32,000 bases of DNA, taken from assembly GCA_963704755.1 (NCBI GenBank), contig OY969938.1:3870001-3902000 (forward strand). The letters run 5' to 3'. Positions within the stretch are counted from its first letter, which is position 1. Every line of letters starts with the position of its first letter. The notes under the pieces were generated by a model that had not been told where the DNA came from, did not search any database, and saw only the letters and a list, made by a program, of their open reading frames with translations. Positions 8,849-17,334 of the stretch are shown here, in pieces. This DNA comes from an uncultured Chloroflexia bacterium (GTDB taxonomy: Bacteria > Chloroflexota > Anaerolineae > Anaerolineales > Anaerolineaceae). The translations under genes and the position numbers were made by a program.

Positions 8849-9451
8849 ATGTTCAAACGTAAAGCGAAAGTCGCGAGTGAAAATGGCGACACACCGGGTA
8901 AAAAGATCAAACCTGTTTGGGTTAAGGTCTCTATCATTGCCAATATCATGGTGGCAGTTATCGCTGTTTTGTTTGTCGCTGGCTCCTACGTGGTGCATCT
9001 CTCCAATACTTCCCCGCAGTTTTGTGCTTCGTGCCATATTATGCAAACCAACGTCACTTCTTACCTGACGGGCACGAACCTTGACCACGTTCACGAAGAA
9101 GCCGGGGTAGCCTGCAAGGATTGCCACGACTATCCGCTGCCGGCTGAAATCACAAGCGGTGTAAATTATCTCATTGGAAACTATACAATCGGTGATAACG
9201 GCAATCTACTTCAACGTAAGTATAAAGATGAGATGTGCCTAAATTGCCACATTTCATACCAGTACATTGCAGAACAAACCGACTTTCTTGCAAAAAATCC
9301 GCACAATTCCCATAACGGCGAACTTGCATGCAGCACCTGCCACATTTCACACGGAGAACAGATCGACTTCTGTTCAGAATGCCATTCCAACGGGGGACAA
9401 CGCATGGTTGGCCAGCCGATTGAAAGCCGCGGGACGATAAGCGGATATTAA
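8849..9451 (+). CDS. Membrane-anchored NapC/NirT-type multihaem cytochrome c (five CXXCH motifs)
   Basis: N-terminal TM helix 'VKVSIIANIMVAVIAVLFVAGSYVV'. Haem motifs CASCH, CKDCH, CLNCH, CSTCH and CSECH. Start chosen at ATG 8849 ('MFKRKAK...') because the track start at 8801 lies inside the hairpin. Confidence 0.85.
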   Translation: MFKRKAKVASENGDTPGKKIKPVWVKVSIIANIMVAVIAVLFVAGSYVVHLSNTSPQFCASCHIMQTNVTSYLTGTNLDHVHEEAGVACKDCHDYPLPAEITSGVNYLIGNYTIGDNGNLLQRKYKDEMCLNCHISYQYIAEQTDFLAKNPHNSHNGELACSTCHISHGEQIDFCSECHSNGGQRMVGQPIESRGTISGY

Positions 9452-9692
9452 GCAACAGCGATTGAACGATCCGGTGGGGGGCTGACAAAAGTGTCCCTCA
9501 CCGATCGATCAATTTGGATAATCTATCCAGGCAATTCGATTAAGTTGGGTAACCATTTTCTTGGTACGAGTGTTCATAACGACAAACTCGTGAACCCGCA
9601 TAAAATAAAGGTTTTCGGCATCAAGCAAACGAATTTTGCACCATTGCATACACCATTCCACAGATAAATTGAAATATGACTGCTATGCTATT

Positions 9693-10676
9693 TCATATAT
9701 TTTTGGATATTGAAATTCGCCCCTTTTTAGACTGTTCTTTACTATAGATGTAAGCTTCCGTAATTCCTTGAGAAGATAACGGAAAAGTTTTATCTATATA
9801 AATCTGCAATTCTTTCTTTTCAAGCCAATCCACGATTTTTTCAAAGTCTGAGTGGTTTGGCTTGGATTGGAAAAAATATGCTTCTTTGTTATGATCCATC
9901 GGATAGCGGTTTAATCCAAAAGAAACAATTGATACATATTTCCCATGATCTTTAATAATCGAGAGACTTTTTTTCCCAACTTCACCCGGCGCACCATTAT
10001 TTTCGATAATGGACGCCTCCATAACAGTATCAATTACCAAGTCAACTTTTTCATAAATCATATCCGCAATATCAAATTCAGTATAATCGTATACTTCATC
10101 CGCACCTAAAACTTTAACGAAATCATAGTTGTTTTTTCTTGCTGTAGTTATCACATAAGCACCATGATTTTTTGCTAATTGGATTGCAACGTGACCGACA
10201 CCGCCAGCGCCACCTTGAATGAATACTCTTTGCCCCTTTAAGAGTTTCCCATAATCGAATAGTGCTTGCTTTGCTGTAAGTGCAATTGTAGGCGCAGCAC
10301 CTGCAATTGCATATGATATATTTTCTGAAAATTTTGCAAGATGATCTTCATCAACTGCAACGAAATCTTGATATGCTCCTGAATGGATAGATAATCCCAT
10401 AACACGGTCACCGACTTGAAACCGGGTAACCTTTTCTCCAATAGCTTTTACGATGCCAGCCACTTCACTCCCAAGGAATATTGGTAATTTCTCAGACCAT
10501 TGGCCTCCGACAGAGCTATTGAATATTTTTCCAGTTCGTAAAGGTTCATCGCCTGGATTAATTGATGCAGCTTTCACTTCAACAAGTACTTGGCTTTCCT
10601 TTACATCTGGTATATCAACTTCAATCTCCTCAAATGAACCCGGACTACCAAAATCTGTTAAACCAATTGCTTTCAT
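9693..10676 (-). CDS. NADPH:quinone oxidoreductase-like medium-chain dehydrogenase/reductase (MDR)
   Basis: 327 aa. 'VLVEVKAASINPGD' plus the nucleotide-binding 'IQGGAGGVGHVAIQLAK' is the classic Qor/zeta-crystallin-like signature. A spot count gives about 30% GC. Confidence 0.85.
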   Translation of the reverse strand: MKAIGLTDFGSPGSFEEIEVDIPDVKESQVLVEVKAASINPGDEPLRTGKIFNSSVGGQWSEKLPIFLGSEVAGIVKAIGEKVTRFQVGDRVMGLSIHSGAYQDFVAVDEDHLAKFSENISYAIAGAAPTIALTAKQALFDYGKLLKGQRVFIQGGAGGVGHVAIQLAKNHGAYVITTARKNNYDFVKVLGADEVYDYTEFDIADMIYEKVDLVIDTVMEASIIENNGAPGEVGKKSLSIIKDHGKYVSIVSFGLNRYPMDHNKEAYFFQSKPNHSDFEKIVDWLEKKELQIYIDKTFPLSSQGITEAYIYSKEQSKKGRISISKNI

Positions 10677-10706
10677 TATTTAACCTCCTTATTAACATTG
10701 TTTATT

Positions 10707-10794
10707 ATTCAACGATTGTTGAATAAAATTATATTATCAGTTATAATTACAGTGTTCAATACATAATAGTTTGAAATTTGTTGAAAAATCAACA
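10707..10794. promoter_or_regulatory. Two inverted repeats sharing a GTTGAA half-site (candidate TetR operators) in the divergent MDR/TetR spacer
   Basis: ATTCAAC-GATT-GTTGAAT at 10707-10724 and TGTTGA-AAAA-TCAACA at 10779-10794. Both have perfect arms with 4-nt spacers. Confidence 0.45.
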
Positions 10795-10824
10795 ACCGAG
10801 CTGGAGTTGTTGATTAAAAAAGGA

Positions 10825-11379
10825 ATGATTAAATTGGATAGACGAATTCAAAAATCCAAACAAGCAATTATGGAAACTTTCGTGACACTTGTTCAAGAAA
10901 AGGATTTGGAAAATATCACTATAGGTGAAATCGCAGAGAAAGCTAATGTTAATCGAGGAACAATTTACCTGCATTTTACTGATAAGTACGATTTGAGGGA
11001 CAAGTGTTTGGACTATTATTTGATGCAATTAACGGAAGCATGTATCCAAGACCATAGAGAAGAATTGGCGTCTAAGTCTAGCATAGTACGTATTTTTGAT
11101 CATCTCGAAGCGAATTATAAATTTTATTCCTCAATGTTATCAAATAAAGAAAGTCCTGTTTTCAGGAAGCGTTTGAAAGCAATATTCAAAGACGGACTTA
11201 TTAATCACCTCAATTTGTCCGAAGAAAAAGCCAACAAAGAAATTACTGTAGAATTTTTGGTGTCAGCAGGTGTTGGTGTAATAGAATGGTGGATATATAA
11301 TTACAAGCCATACCCTGCACCAATAATCGCGGAACAACTTTGGCAACTATTTAATAGCGTAGAATGTAATAGCTTGTAA
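10825..11379 (+). CDS. TetR/AcrR-family transcriptional regulator
   Basis: HTH 'ITIGEIAEKANVNRGTIYLHFTDKYDL'. Start set at ATG 10825 ('MIKLDRRIQKSKQAI...'); the track start at 10771 is a TTG inside the operator region. Very AT-rich. Confidence 0.8.
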   Translation: MIKLDRRIQKSKQAIMETFVTLVQEKDLENITIGEIAEKANVNRGTIYLHFTDKYDLRDKCLDYYLMQLTEACIQDHREELASKSSIVRIFDHLEANYKFYSSMLSNKESPVFRKRLKAIFKDGLINHLNLSEEKANKEITVEFLVSAGVGVIEWWIYNYKPYPAPIIAEQLWQLFNSVECNSL

Positions 11380-11412
11380 AGAAGGCTTATTTCATTGGTA
11401 TTACACGCAAAT

Positions 11413-11445
11413 AAAAGCAGGCTGATATATCACCAACCTGCTTTT
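11413..11445. terminator. Hairpin with flanking A/T runs downstream of the TetR gene
   Basis: AAAAGCAGG, 15-nt loop, CCTGCTTTT. The flanking runs give it a bidirectional look. Confidence 0.45.
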
Positions 11446-11580
11446 GTCGTTATGACCACTCGAGGGTCATTCGTAATGAGTGGAGAGGCAGGATTTGAAC
11501 GATACCTGCCTTTGAAAACCAGCTCGAGCGAATAAAAGACCCTTGCGGATCTTTCTATTCCGATTTTTTTGAAGATATTT

Positions 11581-11784
11581 GCGGAGGGGGTGGGATTCGA
11601 ACCAAACGGCAACTCCAACGAAGAAGCAACGGTTTTTAATTATTTCATGCGGAGAGGGTGGGATTCGAACCTGCCGGCAACTCCAACGGAGAAGCAACGG
11701 TTTTTAATTATTTCAGGCGGAGAGGGTGGGATTCGAACCAAACGGCAACTCCAACGGAGAAGCGACGGTTTTTAATTATTTCAG
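11581..11784 (-). repeat. Three tandem 68-bp units, each a pseudo-copy of the 3' half of tRNA-Ser
   Basis: Units start at 11581, 11649 and 11717 with an exact 68-bp period. Each carries ...AAAACCGTTG...GGTTCGAATCCCACCC(T/C)CTCCGC in tRNA sense. The variable arm differs from the real tRNA (CTCCGTTGGAG) and the T-stem 5' strand is broken. The array directly abuts the 3' end of the real tRNA. Confidence 0.9.
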
Positions 11785-11785
11785 G

Positions 11786-11873
11786 CGGAGAGGGTGGGAT
11801 TCGAACCCACGGTGGCCCATAGGACCACAACGGTTTTCGAGACCGCCCCGTTCAACCACTCTGGCACCTCTCC
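11786..11873 (-). tRNA. tRNA-Ser, anticodon CGA (class II, long variable arm); CCA not encoded
   Basis: The reverse complement reads GGAGAGGTGCCAGAGTGGTTGAACGGGGCGGTCTCGAAAACCGTTGTGGTCCTATGGGCCACCGTGGGTTCGAATCCCACCCTCTCCG. Acceptor stem is GGAGAGG/CCTCTCC. Anticodon stem is GCGGT/ACCGT with loop CTCGAAA. T arm is GTGGG-TTCGAAT-CCCAC. Confidence 0.9.
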
Positions 11874-11888
11874 TGAAAACCAGGGCCT

Positions 11889-11917
11889 ATTATACCCGAG
11901 GAACGCCTAAATTTCCA
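11889..11917 (-). promoter_or_regulatory. Candidate tRNA promoter (TGGAAA, 17 nt, TATAAT) overlapping the 3' end of the beta-CASP gene
   Basis: On the minus strand, TATAAT is at 11894-11889, 15 nt upstream of the tRNA 5' end. TGGAAA is at 11917-11912. Confidence 0.35.
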
Positions 11918-13301
11918 CGAATTCGTGCCAACCCGGATAAGTGAGGGTGCGGATGCCGCTGTCGCGCAGTTTTTCCATCAGTGCATGGGCAGCGTTTTCT
12001 TCGCCGTGGACCAGGTAGGTGTGGCGCAGGCTGGACTGGCTGGCTTTGGCATATTTGAGCAGCATGTTTTGCCCGGCATGGGCTGAATACCCCCCGATGG
12101 TGACCACTTCGGCGGCCCGGTCGTAAAGCTCGCCAAAGATGCGCACAGTCCGCTCGCGATCGGCCAGGCGCCGGCCAAGGGTGTTGGGCGCCTGCCAGGA
12201 AACGATCAGGATGGTGTTCTTGGGGTTCTGAATGTTGTTGCGCAGGTGGTGCAAAATTCGCCCGGTTTCGGCCATGCCCGAGGCCGAAATAATGATCATC
12301 GGTTCTTTGCGTTCGTTGAGCGATTTCAATTCGTCCACCGACAGGACGTAATGGAGCTGGGGAAAATTCAAAGCCGGGTGACGGCCGGTGCGAATAAACG
12401 CCTGCGTTTCTTCATCGAACAGGCTGGCGTATTTCTGGAACACGCGGGTGGTGTTGACGGCCAGAGGTGAGTCGACGTAAACCGGTATCTTGGGGACCTC
12501 ATTGTTGGTCATCATCCGGTTGAGACTGTACACCAATTCCTGCGTGCGCCCAACCGCAAAAGCGGGGATGATCACTTTCCCGCCGCGCTCGACGGTGCGA
12601 TTGACCGTTTCACGCAGTTCGATGTAGGCTTCTTCGGGGTTACGGTGCGGCTTATCGCCGTAAGTGCATTCCATAATTAAATAGTCGGCATTTTCGGGTA
12701 AGACCGGGTCGTTCATCAAAGGCAGATTATCCCGGCCGATGTCGCCCGAAAACCACAGGCGGTACTTGCTGCCGTGTTCTTCGACGTCCAGCACGATCGA
12801 AGCCGACCCGAGGATGTGGCCGGCATCGAACAGGTGCGCGGTGACCCCAGGCACGGGCTCGAAAGCCTGATTGTACGGGATCGGTTTGAAATAATCTCCA
12901 ACCTGCTCGGCGTCCTCCATGGTATAGAGCGGCTCGATGGCCGGTTCACCGCGCTTGGCCCGTTTGCGGTTGACGAATTCGATATCCGCTTCCTGGATGT
13001 GGCCGGAATCGACCAGCATGATTTCCGACAGGCCGGCTGTAGCCGGGGTGGTATAGATTGGCCCGTTGTAGCCTTGCTTGATCAGGTTCGGTAAGTTGCC
13101 GCTGTGATCGATATGGGCATGCGAGAGAATAACCGCATCTACCCGGCGTGGATCAAAAGAAAACTCCTGGTTGCGTTCATAATATTCTTGACGATGACCT
13201 TGAAAGAGGCCGCATTCCAACAGCAGTTTGTAACCGTTAACCTCGAGTAAATGCTGTGATCCTGTCACCGTTTGGGCAGCGCCATTGAAGTGTATTCTCA
13301 T
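11907..13301 (-). CDS. Beta-CASP family metallo-beta-lactamase-fold ribonuclease (TTHA0252 / RNase J-like)
   Basis: 464 aa. 'MRIHFNGAAQTVTGSQHLLE...' and the MBL motif 'SHAHIDHSGNLP'. Overall length and order are typical of bacterial beta-CASP RNases. Its ATG overlaps the stop of the upstream rnd frame (ATGA). Confidence 0.85.
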   Translation of the reverse strand: MRIHFNGAAQTVTGSQHLLEVNGYKLLLECGLFQGHRQEYYERNQEFSFDPRRVDAVILSHAHIDHSGNLPNLIKQGYNGPIYTTPATAGLSEIMLVDSGHIQEADIEFVNRKRAKRGEPAIEPLYTMEDAEQVGDYFKPIPYNQAFEPVPGVTAHLFDAGHILGSASIVLDVEEHGSKYRLWFSGDIGRDNLPLMNDPVLPENADYLIMECTYGDKPHRNPEEAYIELRETVNRTVERGGKVIIPAFAVGRTQELVYSLNRMMTNNEVPKIPVYVDSPLAVNTTRVFQKYASLFDEETQAFIRTGRHPALNFPQLHYVLSVDELKSLNERKEPMIIISASGMAETGRILHHLRNNIQNPKNTILIVSWQAPNTLGRRLADRERTVRIFGELYDRAAEVVTIGGYSAHAGQNMLLKYAKASQSSLRHTYLVHGEENAAHALMEKLRDSGIRTLTYPGWHEFVEI

Positions 13302-14441
13302 GATTTCTCCAGGTCTTTAATGACAGTAAGAATTTGATCGTTAAAGTGATGGAAACGCCAGGGAAAGTTGGTCATTACAATATTGAGTGCATCTGGATCT
13401 ACAGGGTTTGTAAATGCGATCAATTCAAGCAAATCTTTGGGCAGCACGACATCCGATTCCACACCCCATTTACGGGCGGTCTCTTTACGCCAGATCTTGA
13501 GCGCATCGATCCGGCCGAGGATTGCCTCCTCCGGACGATGATTGGTTGGACGCGGCGGCGGCGGAGTCACCAGGCCTTTTTGAACCGCAACCAGCAGGTC
13601 GTGGCCGTGCCGTTCCAACTGGCGGGCGCTGAGGTGGGTGCAGGCGACAAGCTGCTCTTTATTTTCAGGCCGCGCGGTGGCAATTTCGATCAAGGTCTGG
13701 TTGCCAAGAATTTTGAAGGGCGGCTGATCGGCGTGCTGGGCCTGGCGGTCGCGGTATTCCAGCAGGGCTTGCAGAACGGCACACTGGGTGCGAGAAAAAT
13801 CCTTACCGCTGACCAGTCGCCAGCAATTGACTGACTGGTTGTCGTTGGCAGGCGGGCTGACCCTGGTTAAGTGCTCGAAATCTTCGTAGGCAAGCTCGGA
13901 CAGGCCTTTTTGGTCCAGTTCGGCCGCTAAATGGTCGCGCAGATCGATTAAATAGTGCGAAGTCCAGGCGGGCATAAGCCAGCATTGCCGGGGTCAAAGG
14001 ACGGGCACCCCAATTGGCGCGCTGGTAACGCTTCTCCAGTTGCAAGCCAAATTCGCTTTTGAGGATGCCGGCCAACCCAATCTCTTTGCGACCCAGGATT
14101 CTGCCGGCTTGCATGGTGTCGAAAATATGGTTGAAAGTGAAGCCATAATCGCGTTTCAGGCAAATCAAGTCATATTCAGCGGCGTGGAAGATCTTTTCGA
14201 TCGCCGGGTTGGCAAAAATCGGCCCTAGGACCGAAAGATCGGTCAGGGCCAGAGTGTCGAGAAGGTAATCGGTTTCAGGAACGGAGAATTGGATCAGGCA
14301 GACCTGTTCCCGATAAGCGTACAAGCTGTTGGATTCGGTATCGATCGCCACACGGGAATGCTTGCTTAGCTCTTCCGCCAACTTCTGCAGGGGTGCAGGC
14401 CGGGCAATCCACACCGGGGGCTTTAATGACGTTTTAATCAT
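13298..14441 (-). pseudogene. rnd: Ribonuclease D (DEDDy exonuclease plus HRDC), split into two ORFs by a frameshift at about 13960
   Basis: ORF 13803..14441 has Exo motifs 'AIDTESNSL', 'HAAEYDL' and 'YARLD', then turns into nonsense. ORF 13298..13975 continues in another frame with 'TSHYLIDLRDHLAAEL...' and an HRDC-like region. Sense sequence at the junction is CTGGACTTCGCACTAT. Confidence 0.75.
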
Positions 14442-14995
14442 GGTTAAGAATTATAGCGTATTTATACTTAAGATCAACGCCAGTTCGTCTGGAATTGCAA
14501 AACCCTTTAATCAATTTGGAGCCAAAAACAGCCCAATTCGATGTCCAATACAGCCCATGCTGCCAGGCCGGGTGGTCCTGAAATATTACTTCCAATCGAC
14601 AAACATTTCATGACTATAAAAAGTTTGGGTGATCGGTGGATTCGGAGATAAAATACTATTTAAGGCAGTAGCTTATCCGGCGGGTACCCAGAGGCCCCGA
14701 ATTTTCGCTATCCGCTGGAGCCTTACTCCCCGAAAGACCCCCAGGGAGAGGTTTTCTCCATCCGGTTTAAGAATTACCGATGGCTCAATTGATCCACAAT
14801 CAGGTATGTGATGCGCAAAGGCGAGCATAATTCCACTATCCAGGCAGGGCCAGAAATCGCGGAAAAATATACTTCGAATTCTCTTTTTGTCGTCATCCAT
14901 GAGCCACCTGCAAATCGCAAGGTTCGAATTTCGGGGCAACGCGAACTATGGCGTGGTAAATTTCATTATGGTATAGTATTTCGAATGGAGGGGCT

Positions 14996-15673
14996 ATGAA
15001 AGAGCGTATATTAATTATCGAGGATGATGAAGCTATCGTGCGAGTCCTGCAGCGCAGCCTTGCATATGAAGGATATAACATTGATTCGGCTTTGGACGGT
15101 GAAAGTGGCCTGGCTCGGGCCAGGGACGCAAACCCCGACCTGGTGATTTTGGATTGGATGTTGCCGGGTATGGACGGGCTGGAAGTCTGCCAGAGGCTGC
15201 GCGCCGGCGGGAATGTACCGATTTTGATGCTCACGGCCAAGGATACCATTCACGACCGGGTCCAGGGCCTGGATGCCGGCGCGGATGATTACCTGGTCAA
15301 GCCGTTCCAACTGGATGAGCTGCTGGCCCGGATCCGTGCGCTGTTGCGCCGTACTCAGCCGGAGCGTGTGCCGGTGCTCAGTTTCGCCGACCTGGTTCTG
15401 GATACGGCCACCCGCCAGGCGATGCGCAAAGGGCGCACAATTTCCCTGACGGCCAAAGAATACGACTTGCTCGAGTTGTTCCTGCGCCACCCGCGCCAGG
15501 TGCTAACCCGCGAGGTCATCTTTGACCGGGTGTGGGGTTACGACTTTGGCGGGGAGAGCAACGTATTGGATGTCTATATCCGCTATTTGCGCCAGAAGCT
15601 TGAAGCTGAGGGGGAATCACGGTTGATCCACACCGCCAGAGGTGTGGGCTACGTTTTGCGCGAATCTGAATAG
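14996..15673 (+). CDS. OmpR-family response regulator (receiver plus winged-helix domain)
   Basis: '[11 protein letters not shown]', '[14 protein letters not shown]' and 'LTAKD', with a C-terminal '[23 protein letters not shown]...RGVGYVL'. GGAGGGG SD. Confidence 0.9.
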   Translation: MKERILIIEDDEAIVRVLQRSLAYEGYNIDSALDGESGLARARDANPDLVILDWMLPGMDGLEVCQRLRAGGNVPILMLTAKDTIHDRVQGLDAGADDYLVKPFQLDELLARIRALLRRTQPERVPVLSFADLVLDTATRQAMRKGRTISLTAKEYDLLELFLRHPRQVLTREVIFDRVWGYDFGGESNVLDVYIRYLRQKLEAEGESRLIHTARGVGYVLRESE

Positions 15674-15674
15674 A

Positions 15675-17123
15675 ATGTCTCTGCGCCTGCGATTATCCCT
15701 GGTGTACACCTCGCTGTTAGGAGGTGTACTGCTTATTTTTGGGATTCTCGTGTATGTCATCGTCAGCGCGCTGCTCTTAGGCCAGATCGACACCCGTCTG
15801 GAGCAGACCTCGACTCAGATCATCGACAAACTGCGGGTTAACCCGGACAACCAGTTCGATACGCGGGCATTTTCGACGTATCAGCCGACCGAAAACCTGC
15901 TTTTTCAGGTTTGGGATACCAACGGTAATTTGCAGTTTAGCCGGCCGGCCGGATTTCGCGATCCTTTGAACGAATCTGGGCTGCACCTGGGCCAATCCTA
16001 TTATTCTTCGATCACCATCAATGGCGGGCGGGTGCGGGTGCTCTCGATCCCGCTGCGGACCAGCCGCGAGCCGGTGGGCTATTTACAGGTGGGCCTGAGC
16101 ATGGCCCTGGTCGACCTGGCCCAGCAAACTCTGGCCAGTGTTCTGATCATCCTGTCGATCATCTTGATGGGGCTGGTAGCCTGGAGCACCTGGTTCCTGA
16201 CCAAGGAGACCCTGGCGCAATTGTCGATGGCTACCCTGGTGGCCACCCGGATTACCCAGGCAGACGACCTTTCGCGGCGGATACCGGTGACCAGTATGCG
16301 CAACGATGAGGTCGGCCAGTTGATGCTGGCTTTCAATGATACCCTCGAGCGCCTGGAGAACCTGTTCAACACCCAGCGCCGCTTCCTGGCCGACGTCAGT
16401 CACGAGCTGCGCACGCCTCTGACGGTGATCAAGGGCGAAGTGGGTCTGATGCGCCTGACCGGTTCCCTGGATGAGGAATCGCTCACCAGTATCGAGAAAG
16501 AGGTCGACCGCCTGACACGCCTGGTCGGCGATCTGCTTTTGCTAGAGCAAGCCGAGAGCGGTCAACTGCCCCTGGATATGGCCCCGGTCGAATTGGATAC
16601 GGTCTTGCTGGAGGTCTTCCAGCAAATGAGCACTCTGGCGGGAAACCGTTTGAAGCTCATTTTGGAAGATATCGACCAGGTTGCCGTGGAAGGCGACCGG
16701 GATCGTTTGAAGCAGGTGATCTTGAACCTGATCGCGAACGCCGTGGAATACACCCCTCCGGGCGGAGCAGTGCGGGTGGCTTTGCGCAAGACCGAACAGC
16801 AAGCGATCTTTACCGTGCAGGACAACGGCCCAGGCATCCCCCCCGAAGACCTGCCGCACATTTTCGAGCGCTTCTACCGGGCAGAACGATCTCGCAAGCG
16901 CAGCGGAACCAGCGGATTTGGTTTGGGGCTGTCGATTGCCCATTGGATTATTTCCAGGCATCAGGGTGAGATTGCGGTCCAGTCCGAACTGGGTAAGGGT
17001 ACCCTCTTTACGGTCTATTTGCCTTTGCTGCTAACCCCGGAAGAACAACAAAAATCCGGTCAGGATGGCAGCGGAGAAGCCAAACCTGACCGGAAGACGA
17101 AGGTAAGCCGTACGGGGGATTAA
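15675..17123 (+). CDS. Sensor histidine kinase (2 TM, HAMP, HisKA, HATPase_c)
   Basis: H-box 'FLADVSHELRTPLT', N-box 'LNLIANAVEYT' and G-boxes 'DNGPGI' / 'GFGLGLSIA'. Start at ATG 15675, 1 nt after the response-regulator stop; the track start at 15642 overlaps the regulator. Confidence 0.9.
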   Translation: MSLRLRLSLVYTSLLGGVLLIFGILVYVIVSALLLGQIDTRLEQTSTQIIDKLRVNPDNQFDTRAFSTYQPTENLLFQVWDTNGNLQFSRPAGFRDPLNESGLHLGQSYYSSITINGGRVRVLSIPLRTSREPVGYLQVGLSMALVDLAQQTLASVLIILSIILMGLVAWSTWFLTKETLAQLSMATLVATRITQADDLSRRIPVTSMRNDEVGQLMLAFNDTLERLENLFNTQRRFLADVSHELRTPLTVIKGEVGLMRLTGSLDEESLTSIEKEVDRLTRLVGDLLLLEQAESGQLPLDMAPVELDTVLLEVFQQMSTLAGNRLKLILEDIDQVAVEGDRDRLKQVILNLIANAVEYTPPGGAVRVALRKTEQQAIFTVQDNGPGIPPEDLPHIFERFYRAERSRKRSGTSGFGLGLSIAHWIISRHQGEIAVQSELGKGTLFTVYLPLLLTPEEQQKSGQDGSGEAKPDRKTKVSRTGD

Positions 17124-17334
17124 TATTTAGAGCCGGTAGCCATGGGTGTCGTTGCCGGATGTGGGGCGAGGTTTGGCACTGGCCTGGACGTTTTGATAGG
17201 TGGGCTCGGGCCGCGAGACTAATCCTTCATTGGAGAGGCCACTCCGGCCGAGCGGGCGGTGAGCAGACAGGCTGGCGTTGGTGACCGGCAGGGTGCTGCT
17301 GGCCGGCCGGGATGAGCGGACCTCATGGGCCGGG

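Noticed and set aside
11569-11944. Two plus-strand ORFs (11569..11775 and 11726..11944) with repeating 'GFEPNGNSN...ATVFNYF.RRGWDSN' peptides. I also considered calling the periodic repeats a CRISPR array.
   Set aside because: The ORFs are translations of the antisense strand of the tRNA-Ser gene and its three 68-bp pseudo-copies. The repeats are contiguous with no unique spacers, so this is not a CRISPR array.
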